A stretch of 64,000 bases of DNA from Adineta vaga (lineage: Eukaryota > Animalia > Rotifera): NCBI GenBank assembly GCA_021613535.1, contig CP075494.1, positions 14,570,001 to 14,634,000 of the forward strand, given 5' to 3'. Position 1 is the stretch's first letter; each line of letters starts with the position of its first letter. A program made the position numbers and the translations under genes. Below the pieces are notes generated by a model. That model searched no databases and was not told the DNA's origin. It was given only the letters and a program-made list of their open reading frames with translations. This document shows, one piece after another, positions 38,524-53,500 of this stretch.

Positions 38524-40944
38524 CATTTATCTTATTATTATTTTTGTGATAGAATCGATATTGCAAATAAAACAAAAACTAATAATAAAACGATCCGTAT
38601 TTTTATTATCGTCTTCATCTTGTTTTGTTCGATTTCTTATTTATTACTATTTCTGTCATTATTACTATTGTACAAAAAAGAAGATTCTAATGCATACTTG
38701 TAAGTAGATTTACATAGTTGCAGTTCTTTCATCTCTCACTCTCTCTCTCTCATTCCTTCGTTTGAGAAACATATTTTAAACAGAAAGTAAGAACTGGATA
38801 TTTTCACATCAGTTAATTTATAAATATAGTACCAGAGAGTAATATTGTAATATACTTCAGGGTTGTTACATATTTAACTGCAATAACAGTATGGTATTAT
38901 ACTGAATTAAATTTCTTGAAAATAATTATACTCTTCATAAATATACGCTGCTATTAACTATACGACACAGTGTCAGCTACTTGATTGCTGAAACTTCATA
39001 CAACAGAAATGACATAAATCTATAAAAAAAATATTTTAATAGAACAAGACAATTTATTGAGAAAACTAACAAATCGAATCTGTCCGTTAAATATCAAGAA
39101 AACAACGAGATGATGCAAGAAGAAGTATGTCAGTATATACACTCCATTATCATCAAATATCATTAGATAATTGATAATATCACGCTAAGCCATGTTCATT
39201 ACAAAGAGATCAAAGCTTTTTAATAAGCCTTACACAAGACAAAGACATTTCTGAAATGATACCAATTTTATTGAAAAAGATAATCCTTTTTGTTTATGTT
39301 AAGTGATCATTCTTTCTAATGATAATTTAAATAAAGAGAAAAAAAACTATGTCTTTGATTCGATTGATCACACCATTGAGTACGTAAATTGTATAAAGTG
39401 AAGGAATAACAATCAGATAATTCTCACTATATTCCGCTCGAACATAAATTCGTACAGTCAAGGAACGACCTAAATGATTCATTGTTTTAACTAATGGACA
39501 CCGCAATTGAGATATATTTAATGGTGATATCGATTTCACTCATTCAAATTCTTTATATCAATAATATTCTTTTAATAAAAAAAAAAATGATTCTCTCATC
39601 ATACATGAATCGCAATACAAACAAATTGTAAATTTATGGTATCGATATAAATTGAGTAGACCAACTTGTACGATTGTACAACAAAATAAGTCTCGTCGTA
39701 TATTAACAGAAGCTGGTCAATCCTTTCTTTCCCGTGACTAAAGCTTGAGGTCCAAAACTGAAATTCGTCCATCATTGTAATCAAAATAATCTCTAACTTG
39801 CATAGAAAAAGTTTGAATCACATCCATTAAGTTCTAATATAGTTAATATATTCCTTGTAGCTTGGGTGGATGAAACTTTAAAAAAATTGTACCTATAGGT
39901 GCCGTTTGGAAAGAAAAGGCGATTAACATGGATTTTTAGGTTTTTTATTATACTGAAAACTAATGACCACGATAGCGGATGAGTCGAGGGATAGGATGAG
40001 GATAACAAACAGAGAAAGAGAAGAACACATTAGAATTACAAAGAAAGAAGACTGGTCGCCTTCTGTTGCGATACCATACATCCTCGTACCAATGATGCCA
40101 CCGTGCCAAGAAAAGGAATCAAACCTTCTGATCTCTGACTTCAAATCCATAGAATCACTACGCCATTCCTGATTTTTACTTTTTTTACTACTATTGTTAG
40201 TAACGCTTCTTTTTCTGAAAAGCTCCTCGAGATCATGTAGATATGAAACGTAGACTAAACGCATCTAGACGCGTTTACAAGCGTTTGAAATGCATTTATG
40301 GTGTTCCTCCAAGAAAACTACCTCGAGGTCTACACACGTTTCAAACTCGATTTGGATGCATTGGACAAACGGTATTAGGCGCATTTCTGAGCAAAAAATT
40401 GTCACATGGATAAGAGTAGAATCGTATAAATTAATATGTATAGAAGGAGAGAAGATTTCTCGCTGATCATTATCTCTTCGTATGTGGAAAATATGAATCC
40501 GTAAAAGTATTTTCATAAGAAATTCAATCAGAAATGAAGAGAAACAAAAAGGTAAGACGAGAATAATCTCTTCATCGAATCGAACGTCTGACTCGTTAAC
40601 GAACATTCGTAAGAATGAAATCAAATGTAAACCTATTCAAGATATTTATAGCAGTGTTGTTGTACATTAACTCAATATTCATTGAGTTTAAATAGATATT
40701 CAGCAACATTTTTGAGTGATTGTTTTTTTTTCATACTACTTTATATAATAAATTTTTACAAAATAATTGAAGAATCCTTTTTTTATTCTGTTTTTCTTAT
40801 ATTGTAAAAGTGCTAGAGATTTTTAAATATATCTTTAAATAAAATAACTATACTAATCTAAAATATCGCAGATGAAATTGCTTTGATGATCAGAAATGTA
40901 ACTACGATGTAATGAAGGAGAAGTAAATAGAACCAAAATCATGA

Positions 40945-41230
40945 ATTGATAATGCAGCACACAATGAAAACTGCAATCTTTCTGCATCTTCTTCTCTTCG
41001 TGATAGAATCGATATTGCAAATAAAACAAAAAGAAATAATGAAACGATTCCTACTTTTATTATTGTTCTCCTCTTATTTTTGTTCTATTTCATGTTTATT
41101 ACTATTTCTGTCATTATGGTTATGATGAAAAAAAACAAAAGAAAAGATATTAATTACTATTTGTAAACATTTTTGCATAGTTGCAATTATTTTGTCTCCC
41201 TTTTTCACTCGCTTGAAGAACCTATTTCAA
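40945..41230 (+). pseudogene. Decayed duplicate of the GCC2 last codons and 3' UTR
   Basis: 41000-41032 is identical to 38546-38578 (33 nt), and 41095-41117 is identical to 38640-38662. The upstream ATTGATAATGC and TTCTGCATCTTC blocks also recur, and the stop-codon segment is deleted. Confidence 0.8.
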
Positions 41231-42355
41231 GTGACAAATAACAAGTGCATAATTTTGCATTGATTGAAGTAGAAATACAATATGGAAGGATGATATTCTA
41301 TACTATTCACAGTTGTTTCGTATATAGCAACAACAGGTCATCATGGAAAAAGAAAGCTTCATTTTCCGATACTATCAAAATAACAAGATCTACGCAGTTG
41401 ATGTATTCTAGTTTTTCTCTAACCAAATACAATTCAATAACACCGGAAAGGGAATTGATGTGTAAGAAACTCATTATAACCGAGATATACTTGAAATGAA
41501 AGTAGGTCACCTTGTCTTACTGGCTATAAACAATGTGAGTTATCCGGAAGAACAGATACAATGAAAAATGTCTTTATTGATATTTCATTGACAATAGAAT
41601 GAATTTGAACTAACAAAGAATATTTTCACAACGAAATTCATTGTTGTTGTTTCGAACGTATATTGGCAATCCGACTCTGTATATAGAAAAATTCGAATGT
41701 AACTGAAAAAACCAAGATTCATATTGTCATTGCAATGAAAGAAAGAAGAATTTTATCGTAATAGTTAAAAAATCAATGAAATAAATTTCGCATCTATGTT
41801 CAGTTCTGATAGTACTCAAGCAGTAAATAATGATTCTGTCAATAGAAATAATCCGTTCATGGTAATAATATTGATTATTATCGATACAAACTAATATATT
41901 ATTGTATTCAATTGTATGCAAAGCTATGCATATTTTTCTATTGTTAAAACCACTACTTCATCATCATCGATTCATACAACTGTCGACATAGACTGTCTCA
42001 AGCCTACTACATGCCTGCTATCATGCAAAACCTCAAGAAAAATAGACTATAGAAAAAGGACAAAGAACAAGAAGAGGAAGAAAAAAAAATGTCGGAGAAG
42101 GTAGTTGAATTTCTTCTTTCTTCTTTTTCTTTCTCTCTTGCTCGTCCGTTTGTTCTTCTTTACAATAGAGATGCTGACAACAGTAACAATGTTCATCATT
42201 CTCAACATCATCTTCCTTTAACAGCAAGCTCTCTGATTTAACATAAACCATTTCGGAAATTCCTTTTTTTTCTCTGTTTCTTTTGTTTGTTTCTTATCGG
42301 TTCACTTCATTCTTGTATATATTTTCATTCTTACATGTCAAATTAAATTCTCAGT

Positions 42356-45300
42356 ATGTATAGTGAAATTTCATCTAATAATCTTTTATTTACAAAAAAA
42401 TTAACTAAATCAAAATGTTTGGCTATATCAAATTTACCTCTAACAGCAACGGAAGAAACGATCAAAAAATATTTTGAACGGTTTCGATCAATGTTCAATT
42501 CTAGTGGAGAAATATTTATGAATAGCGTTGTTTTTTTTCGTATTTAGATATGGTTATATTCAATCAATTCGAATTGATGATCAACGTTTTGCTTTCATCA
42601 GATTTTTTAATCGAAATTCAGCTTCGAAAGCACATCACGAAGAAAATATACTCGATAATCAACAATTACGAACCGCTTTTCATGATGATTCGACATCTGT
42701 ACCAAAATGTCGTCTTAATGAAACATCACTAGTGACTTCATCAATTATTAATCCATCGTTGTCATCTCCTTCGAGTATAAATTTATTGGCTAAAGTAATA
42801 ACAACAACACATGATGAACAAGATAAACATACTTCACATCCTTCATATAGTCCTGAAGAAAATACTCGGTTAGTAGGTTTTCTTTTTAAAATAGAATATG
42901 CTCCTGTTCATTTACAAGGACATTTTTTTCCTTCTGTCATAAGATGTTAAGTATAGTAGTGCTCGTGATGCATTCTATTATTATATAAAACATTTAACAT
43001 AACATCAGTTAAGAACAAAAGTTGAAACTTTATCTTTCTCAGTCAGATATTTCACTTAGAAACGAAATGTTATGAATTTCTGTACTGATATTTATTTACA
43101 GACATCAAGTTGTACCTATAGAACGTGGAAAGAAACGAAGAATATTCTCCGGAATTAATTCAAAGTAATAGATGAAAGAGATAAACTTTAATTTCTTTTA
43201 ATTTATTCCGTTCTTTGTATCAGAAAAACAACTAACATGTCTTCTTCATCGTGTGAATCTGAAAGATATTATTATCATAGGTAAACTCTTTTTAACTCAT
43301 TAACAAAAATGAAACAAAACGAATTCGCTATTTTTTAGTTCATTTCATAAAGATCATCAACATTTATCGACGTCTAACAAATCAAAGACTCGAATATTAA
43401 AAATTTCTCATTTACCAACGAAATTATCCAGTATACATTAAAGAAAAAAAAGAAATCTCTAATTTTCACTCGATTATTTTCTAGATCAAACATTACAAGA
43501 AAAACTTCGACAGATTTTTGCTGATTTTAAAAAGTCTTCGCATTTATTAACAATAAAAATTATTGATAATTATGCTCTATTAACATTCCAAGAATTTGAA
43601 GATGTCGATAAAGCTTTATCATATGTGACAACAAAATCTATCAATGGAATTCAATTAAAAGCAGAACCATATGAGAATTCTCTTATTGGTATATATCCGA
43701 AACAAATTTGTTTTCTTCTTTTTTTAGAATTTAGAATATAAGATAAACAAATCTTCTATTTATGTAGATATCGATGAATATTCACCGAAAGCAACACGAA
43801 CTTTATATATACGAAATCTTCCAGTGGAAATATCTTGTCATGAATTACGTGAGATTTGTATGGAATATGGAGAAATTATTGTAAATATTCAATATCAAAC
43901 TTTTAGAATCGTATATCTAGAAAACTTATTTTTCTTTTACATTAGAAAATTGATATAAAAAGACATTCACTTAATCAAATCTTTGCATTTATTCAATATA
44001 CAACAATAAAAAGTGTTGTTCGAGCAATAAAAGCACTGGAACGTAAATTTATTTATGGTCATTCACTTCAGGTATTTTATGTTTATATCCAACTAATTAA
44101 TCTTTTGTATATGTCATTTTTGACGGAAATGACGATATTCATTTATTTGACTAATCTCTGAATAGATGGATTTACTGAATTTCCTCTTCTAACTGTCTCT
44201 ACTTAACGACCTATTCAAAGAAAAGACGTCTCCGAAATATAATTTCCGTTATCCGAGATTTGTATCAAATAATATGTATGAATAATCTGACTTATATAAT
44301 CTTTCTACTTGTGATAATAATATTACGCGAAAGATGAATAGAAGTAAATAGATTAATATCAACAGATTAAACTAAATTATAATGATTATTCTTCTGTAAC
44401 ACTAAATAATCACATCTCATTTCATATCCGAATGAGAAGACTTTGTGCTTATATTAAAAATTAATATTAATATCTTTTTTTAGTTACATTATGGTAAAAG
44501 TCAAATGACAAATGTTTTATGGCTTGATGAACTGCCTATGGATATTAATGAAACTAATTTACGTGCATTTTTACATCGAATGACAAAGGTTCCATCGGAG
44601 AAAATTATGAATATTTCTATTGATTATCGACATGAACAAAAATATCCCCATAGTCAATGTTTAGTATATTTTCCTGATGCGATTACTGCACAGAATGTTA
44701 TGGATTTGATTCGAGGAAAACAATTCGATTACAAACGTATACAAGTAGATTTTGCAAGTAAATTATTTATTGAAAAGTTTTCAAATATTATTCGACAAAC
44801 AAATGAGAAGAAAAGGTAGGTTTAGATTTGTTTTATTTCCTATTTAAATTCTTGATACTTCTTCAATATTAGTAATGAACAACGAACATGTCAACTAGAT
44901 CGGTAAGAAACTTGTTTGATTGAAATCGTTTTGAATTGAATTTGGTTTTCTTTTTAATGCTAGTCGTTATTCAAAAGTGTCCGATTCAGAATCTTCTGTA
45001 ACTTGTATGTTATTTAAACTATCTTGTTCTTTTGTTTCACAAGAGAAAACTATTCATGGAATGAAACTATTTTTCTCTTTAGTGTCGAATATATCATCAT
45101 CTAGTCAACATCATCCATCATCAGATCATAGTTCAATTAATCCGAAAAAATTGATGAAAATTGAACCGATAAAAGATACGAATACTGAGCGTATTTTTGA
45201 TTGGCTTATGCAAAATGATCGTTCAAGTGTAAACAATGATGATGAGCAAGAACATCCGGTGGAAAAGAAATCCGAACCAAATGAAATCGATCTCAAAAAT

Positions 45301-48300
45301 CAAGTTTACATTCCTCCATTAACAAGAAAACTTTTTCAAACTAAACTCATACCCTTAGAATCTGATCCATTATCTATTCAATCAGATATTCGTTTAAAAG
45401 TTTATGCATCTATATCTAGTCAATTCATCAAAACGATCTATCTACCATTTCCGAAATTTGCTAAAACTTTACCAAAATCATCACCGCTATCGATGATACT
45501 TAATCCTAAAGCGCTTTTAAAACGTCGCTCTATTGAACTAAATAAAGATTCAATAACACAAGATTTACGTTGCGCAAATAGCAATAATGAACAGTTCGAA
45601 CTTAGTGAGCGAATAAGATTGTTAGATAAACAAATTTATGAAGTCAATCAACAAAATTCAATATTATCGTCGATAACACAGTTAGAAAAGGACCACGAAA
45701 AACCATTAATAACAAAGACTACTTCCAATATTCAACAAAAATCTTTATCACGACAATCGGAACCACTATTAACAACAAACACAACCATGATGACAGCAAA
45801 ATGCGATCGAAGGTAAGATTATTCAAAGTAAAATAGAGATACATCTAATCTAGAGCACAAATTTAAGAACATAGTTTCATCACGAGCTATATTTTCCAAT
45901 ATATCCTTTCATTTTTAATAGCAAGATCATCAGGATTACGTAACGTTTCAAATAATCATAGACCGAAAGTTTCTTTTTCACATAAGCTTTGACATTCAAA
46001 ATTGATCTACGATTAAATTTTAATTATATAACATAATCCGTTGAGATAATGAATTATTTATCTAAAGTATATTTAGAATTTTCTTAGAATCATTTTATGT
46101 CTCCATTAGAAGATACATAATTGATAATCGCGATCATCACCTTCGAACACTGTAGTTAAAGTACGAAAAGACAGTGGAGAAATATAATTCAAGTAGAAAC
46201 ATCTAATGATCGAACAGTCTTTGATGTGAACTCTAAAAAAAGCATATGTAATGCTCAAACCCAGACATTTTTTCTTTAATGAAAAAGAATAATTTAATTG
46301 ATTTACTAAAATAAAGAAATAAATCAAAGACAGGAGAAAATTAAAAATAAAAAAGTTATTTTAAAATAGCATTTTATTTTTACTTCAAGGCTGTCTGTTC
46401 CTCCTTTCCATCTGTCAATGCCATCTTCACTCATTTCACCACCTTCATCAGCTACCAATCAATTGTGTCCATTGATATCAACATCCTCCGAAACATGCAA
46501 TAATCCATCAGCAAAAATCAAACAGAAATCAATTCCACCACCATTATCTGCTATTAACGCTTTTCAACCACTGTCCAACATTAATAATTCACCAATATTT
46601 CCTACTCCAAAATCAATGACTCCAAGTAGTGCTGTAGGAGACTTTAATCAATCTCCCCAACCGTTTGTTTTAAAATCAATATTAAAACAACCATCTATGT
46701 CATCACAATCAACATTACAGGAAACACGTAAAGCCGTTCATATAATTTCAACAAAATCACCATCTGAATCGACTGTTAAACAAACTTGTTTCTCAGATGA
46801 TAAGAAAACCATGTCACATCCAAAATCGAATTCTACATTGATCAAAGATAATAATTCAATGCAATCTGAAGTGAAAGAATTACCAAAACAATCAATCTTA
46901 CCATTGAAGAACAGTAGTATACTATCCTTAGGAAGAATTCCGAAAAAAATAAACACACAATTAGTAGAAACGAATGCAAAAATACCAAAACTTCTCAAAG
47001 AAACAATACAATCACCCGTCAATACTAAAACTTCTTCAACTACTATGAAACATTTTCATTCAAAATCTTTCGAAATAGTTAAAAGCAAAATTGATAAATC
47101 ATTAGCAACAACACAATTTAAAAAGACATTCTTATCAAATACTGAACATCAACAAACGAATAAGAAAACATTACCAAACAAAGCTTCAAACTTATCAACA
47201 AAAATCAACCAAAAAGTAATCAAAAAATCAATTCACAATTCGAAAATGCAGAAGAAATCCATGATGAAAAACTTCACATTTAAATCAAATACATGTATGT
47301 ATGATCGAGTGAAAATTCGCTCAAGAAACGAACTTACACAAATAAAGTATGTTAAGAATTGTCCAATATAAATATTAAGCATTTTTATCTTTCATTATTT
47401 TCGTAGTACATCGTCGACGAAAAATAATCATTTATCTGATGAAAATAATGATATACAGATTCGATCAAACAATATATCACGTTTAAAACGATGTGTAAAT
47501 AACATGAGATTGTTGATTTTTTTTCTTTTCGAAAGAGTTTCTTGTTTGTTTCTAGAATCGAATTCTTGATTCATCTGACTCGGAAAATGACAAACCAACA
47601 AAAATAAAAATGAATCAAACTGATCTTTCTCATAGGAAGATATGTAATTCGAAAGAAAATCATGATAAAAATTCAATTATAAAAGACATATCGAAGAAAC
47701 GTTCGTTAACATCCGAAACAAGTGAATCTTCTGAGAAAAAGAAATCCCAAACAAAAACGAGTTCCTTCATCGAAAGTGAACAATCGAACAAACTTGAAAG
47801 TATATTAAATAATACAACTGTCAGCGAAACTAATACTGTTTCTCCTAAACATCTGTCGATACCAGATCTAACCAAAATCGATAATCAAAATATCAATATT
47901 AAAACAGAAGAACCAAGTAATCCTTTCCTTTATTGTAAATTGTTTTTTACAGTATCGATTTTCTTTAGATAATTTGACTGATTCTAATGAACATGAAGAG
48001 ATCATTCTTAACTCTTCATCCAATACAATTGAACAAGATGATTTCAATAAGCGGGAAATACCAAACGAAAGATCACCACCACAATCTCAAGAAAATTCTA
48101 TAGATACAGAAGCAAATAAAACTTTGCAACAACCAATTTCCGAATCTTTAACAATCACATTTGAACATTTACCAGAAATAACATCTGGTAACGATATGAA
48201 TTTAAAAATCTATTTATTTATTATGAATTATTCTCTTTTAGACAATAATTCCAGTGAAAAAATCAACGATATCAGTCAGTTTCTTATTGATAATATTCCC

Positions 48301-49515
48301 GATCCTCAAGTTATTATAATCGATCGACCAGCATCAGTTACTTCATCTGTTCATACAAATTCATCCTCATTTCCATTAATTCAATCAACTGAAACATTGA
48401 ATAAATTTGATTCTCACCAAATAACAAATCATTCACATTCAACAACATCTGCACATCTATTTCCTCAAATACTCACACCAGAAAGACATTTTTGTACTCC
48501 TCATCATCAACATTTTTCATATTCACCATTTATATCATCAGTAGCAGGTAAAACGAATTGTTCAATTAGCAGAATATTCATTTTTCAGCGATCTTATTTC
48601 AGATTCCCCACCATTATCCTCAAGACCACCATCAACAACTAGTTGTAATAGTATTATTGGCAATTCTTTCTATAATTCAATGTTACCTAGTCAACAATAT
48701 TATCATGAGAAAGAATCGAATAGACGGTAAGTTGACATACAATCAAAACTTCTCTAACATTCTAAAAAGAAACACCGGAGACCTTATTTAAATTTGTCTT
48801 CATTTCAGAGATTCTATCACAAAAGTTTTTACTTTTCCAACTACTCACCGATCACATCTTACATCAGGTATAAAGAAACTATTGTTAAATCACTCATTTA
48901 GTCTTCAAAAAACAAACAACATTTCTAGATTCTCTCAATTCATTTCAAAACACTTCTGATCATTATAATTATCCTATCAACACTCAACAAATGTATAATC
49001 TATACTCCTACATCGATAATATCCATTGGGAAGGATATATTGCATTGAAGAGTGATCAAGTCTTTATTAAAACTCAACTAATTGTTGGTAATCCACAAAT
49101 TGCACGTTTTTCCATTAATTATTGGAATTGCGATCTAAATCATCATTTACGTATATCACAACGAATGCGTTTAGAAAAAATCCAACTTGATGGTGTTCAA
49201 CAACAATTACAAATTGATAATGATTATTGTATTCTAATTGGTGAAGCGAATGGTTTCACACCAGATGAGATTCGTTCTGAACAAAATCATTTGAAAAATG
49301 GTGTTATTCAATATTTAAATGAAAAGCAAGCAGCTGGAATTATTAATATTTCACTTCCCGGTGTTGTTCAACCGGTTTATGTTGTTCATATATTTCCACC
49401 ATGTCAATTTGCTTCAGAAATTTTACAAAAACATGCTCCAGATGCGTTTCGTTGTGTTGTTCAAAATAAACTTGAACAAATTTATTTGTTATTTGTTATA
49501 ACAACGACAATTTAA
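42356..49515 (+). CDS. SPEN: Split ends / SHARP (Msx2-interacting protein): RRMs and C-terminal SPOC domain
   Basis: RRM1 (CLAISNLP...FAFIRF), YSPKATRTLYIRNLP...FAFIQY, YGKSQMTNVLWLDELP, QVDFAS, MYDRVKIRS, and SPOC motifs (WEGYIALKSD, LRISQRMRLE, YLNEKQAAGIINI, HIFPPCQFA). Confidence 0.9.
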
Positions 49516-50544
49516 ATTCGATATCTAATTTACTTTCTGTTGTTGGTATTTATTTTTTTTTCAAAATTACCTGTTAATTGTTTGTTTTTTTCTTGAAAAA
49601 TCAATTCTGTTGTAATGATTATTTGTAAAAAAAAGAAAGTTATATCTTCGTTTGAATAACTCGAGTTTTCTTTATGATTGTTCATTCTGTAAATCGATGA
49701 CGATTCATTATTATCTGATGTCTGATTTTGAATATAAAACAGCTTAGGACAAAGAATACGCAATTCTTTGACAGGAGAAAACAATCTTTGTTGTAGAGAA
49801 ATTTCATTAGCGAAACAATTGATTCGATTGGAAATGTCGCTCTAATTGAATTCAACGACCGATCAAATTCATCGGAATATGCACTTATTCGGTATTTTCT
49901 TTCTAAGGCATTCCAACACATCTATTTCCGTCATATTCATGTTAAATGAATAAGATTAGCGAGCATTTCACTTGAACAGATCGTTGACTTTATCCATCGG
50001 ACAAAATGAGAAATCATCGGATAGAATCAATGATATTTTTGTATATAAATACTAGTAGAACAATGTAGAGATTCATCATTCTTTTCCTTTTTGATATAAC
50101 AAATATGATCTTGACGTTTTTTTTTACATTGACAGAGATTAACGCATTTCTGAATGATCATATCGTTTGTTTGTTTGTTTATTTGTTTGATATGAAGCAA
50201 TTGTCCTATTTCTCTTTTTCTTTGATCAACCGCCGTCAATTAGTTTCGTTATGATTGACACTCAATCAATTATTTTCACTATATCTTCGAACTTATACAT
50301 AGAAGTAGTCAAAGGTGTACTTATACTTGTTAACAATTTCCTTGAGAATGATAGAAATAAGTGTGACATCGTTTTCAAGACAATCTACTATCAGACGATA
50401 ATCATAATAATAACAAATGATTATGTATGCTTGTCTCTGCATTGTTACCTTGAATTTGATATATATATATATATATTCGCATCATTGTCCTTTCATAAAA
50501 TCACGCGAAACACTAACAATTATGTTTATTTTGTTAATTATAGA

Positions 50545-53500
50545 TGTCTCAGAAACTTATGAAGAAAAAAAATCCTCGAAATCAACAATAATCATGTTGA
50601 ATAATCCTATATTTAGTACAAGTAGTACTGAAAGTACTGCAGACGACAGTAAAGGCCGATTATCATCAGTTGATTCAATGTTTTCTAATAATGACGATGA
50701 TGAAGAAAAAGTCCATATAAAACAACATCAACGATTAAAAACTTCATCGATCAATAGAAATGGTACGAGCAAACGAAATAAAACAGTGAATAGTGTAAAT
50801 CGATTACAATTAAATGAATTCAAAGATCATAATAGTCCCAAATTATTTCGACGATCCAGTAGTCATAGTGATCCATCACATCGAAGTATTTACAATTCAG
50901 TTGAAAGAAAAGATAGTTATTTCGTCGATTCACAAGAAAATGATGGTAAAATAGGTTCATTAACTAGTTATTCTGATGATAGCAACGACGATCTTCGATT
51001 GGAAAAAACTGGGTAAAGAATTCATTCTACATATCGTTAATATGAATCCGTATTTTTAGATGGTTGAATGTAAAACATTGGTTAACTATTCCAGATTATG
51101 AAAATCTTCAAATTACATCAAAACAATCATGGAAACGTTTTTGGATTTGGTTAAAAGATTGTCATCTTCATTTCTATAATGATTATTTAGATAAAAATTC
51201 TCATTTAACTATAAGTAAGTTCATTTTAAACAATATAGTTCATACCAATTTGATTATTCTAGATCTAATCGATAGTCTTTGTTATCCTTATCCAGAATAT
51301 CGACATCGACAGAATGTCTTTAGTTTAACTATCAACACTGGTGATATCTATTTGTTACAAGTTTGTTTTATTTTATCCTCATTCGTGAATTCATATGATC
51401 GTTCTTTTAGTCTTCAAATCAAATAGAAATCGATCAATGGATTGATTGTATACATTCAAATTGTTTATTGAAACTTAATCGAAGATTTTTACAAATCAAT
51501 ATTAAACAATTAGAAAATCAAATAGTCTATGAAAAGAAAATGCTTCAATCAGTTCTTTTACAATTAAAATTACTTTCGAATAACGAAATGTATCCAATGA
51601 TATCTCAACAAATTGAACAACGAGAAAGAAATTTAGAAAGAGCTTGTATTGATTTATTTCGAAATAATTGTTATTTATCAATTTTTCATCAAAATCAAAC
51701 TTTTCTACCGAATTCAATTGATTTACTTGCACAAATTTCGTCAACAACAAAACTTTTCTTATATAATCTGGATGCATTTATACCCTGTGGATTTTATGCT
51801 TATGTTCTTTCACGAAAAATATCAAATCATCGAAAGGTTTACCAAACAATTCTGTTTGATTCCAATCCACCAAGGGTTTGTTTCGATTTCTTCTTCTTCT
51901 TCTTCTTTTTTTGACCATCGTCTTAGATTAACACTAAGTAATATAATAACAGATAGAACTAATCGAGTGAATATGTATAACATTTAGGAATTAGATGATA
52001 AGATCAAGGTTATCAGAAAATCTATAATCAATTGGAAAAAAAAGGAATTCTTCGATATTTGAACGAGTTGCTCATAAATGGAAGATAGTGAAATTCATCT
52101 TACCAAACGAAAAGATATATACAGAAGATAGTCGACATTCTTTTTTTCTTTTATAAGTAACCGGAAACTCATTCTTTCAGGATATCCAATCGTTGATATG
52201 TAAAGTACATTCTTTTCTTTCTCATCATATCCTATATGTATCTTTTCTATAGAAAATCATTCTCTCAATGAATCAAATGGCATCTGTTCATGAATTACTA
52301 AAACGTGTTATTGATAAATTAGGTTTAACAATTGACGATTATTTTCTCTATTGTCATTCAATATCAGGCAATGGATTTATACCAAATCGAAATGATATAC
52401 TTGATACTTTGGTATGAATCAGATTCTTTTTTTTCTTTTATCTATTGTTTGTGAAATATTTATTATAGATGTATTCATCCGTAGAAGTACGACGAAAGAT
52501 AACTTATCAGATAAATTTGAATAATCATTTACATCTATGTGGTATTGACATTGATCAACAACAGCCAATGATAATTACTATAAAAAACGTGAAAAAAGGA
52601 AGTGAAGGAGAACAACTTGGTAAGAGAAATCGATTCAGATAGAAATCAACTAATTGAAATACGTTTTTTAGGAGTTATAAAAGATGATGAAATAATTATG
52701 ATCAATAATTTATATGTCAAACATTTTGATAATGTTCGATTGAATCGATATTTACAACAAATACCCATACAACTAACTCTTCGTTCATCTCGGTAAGTTC
52801 GTAACAAAAAAATAAATTTTCTTTTTCATTCCCATTTTCTTTTCTCTTCAGATTGAATGACACCATTCATTCAAGAAAACGAACATCATCAACCATCAAA
52901 TTTTCTAACGAAAATGATCGTCCTTTATCCACATTAATCAAACCATTGATGAATACATTTAACACAAATAACGAAGACAAATCAAGTATTAAATTGATTT
53001 CAAATAATCAACAAATACAAAAAGTTATTCATGAACTTATTGAAACTGAAATATCTTATGTACAGGTAAATAATCGAACAAAAAACCTTTCGGAAATGAT
53101 TTGTTTTTCAATCGTAGGATCTTCAATCATTTATCAATCAATATATTGAACCATTACGCAATCGTTCGACTATTTTCCCCTACGATGCAATAGATGCATT
53201 ATATAAAAGCATACAAACAATCTATCAATTTCAAACTCAATTCTTGGGTAATCTTCAATCAAGTTCATTTAATAATGTATTTCATTCAAATCTTTCTAAA
53301 CTTGATTTATTTTCAATTTGTTTGTTTTTGGTTTTAGAATATTCTTATTTCAATATGTGAAATATTTATTCGATTTTCGAAAGATTTCAAACTCTATTCA
53401 ATTTACTGTACTGCTCATTTACGTATCAATCGTTTATTGAATCTTCATCAAAATAATGAATATTTAAAAGAGTTTTTAACACTATGTAATCCATCTCATC

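Noticed and set aside
39923-40264. SWHGGIIG resembling the bacterial Lgt motif
   Set aside because: It is an eight-residue match in a short ORF with no other Lgt features, so it is likely chance.
44121-44251. Possible MITE in a SPEN intron (TGACGGAAAT ... ATTTCCGTTA)
   Set aside because: The inverted repeat is only 10 bp with a mismatch, there is no clear TSD, and there is no second full copy in the window.
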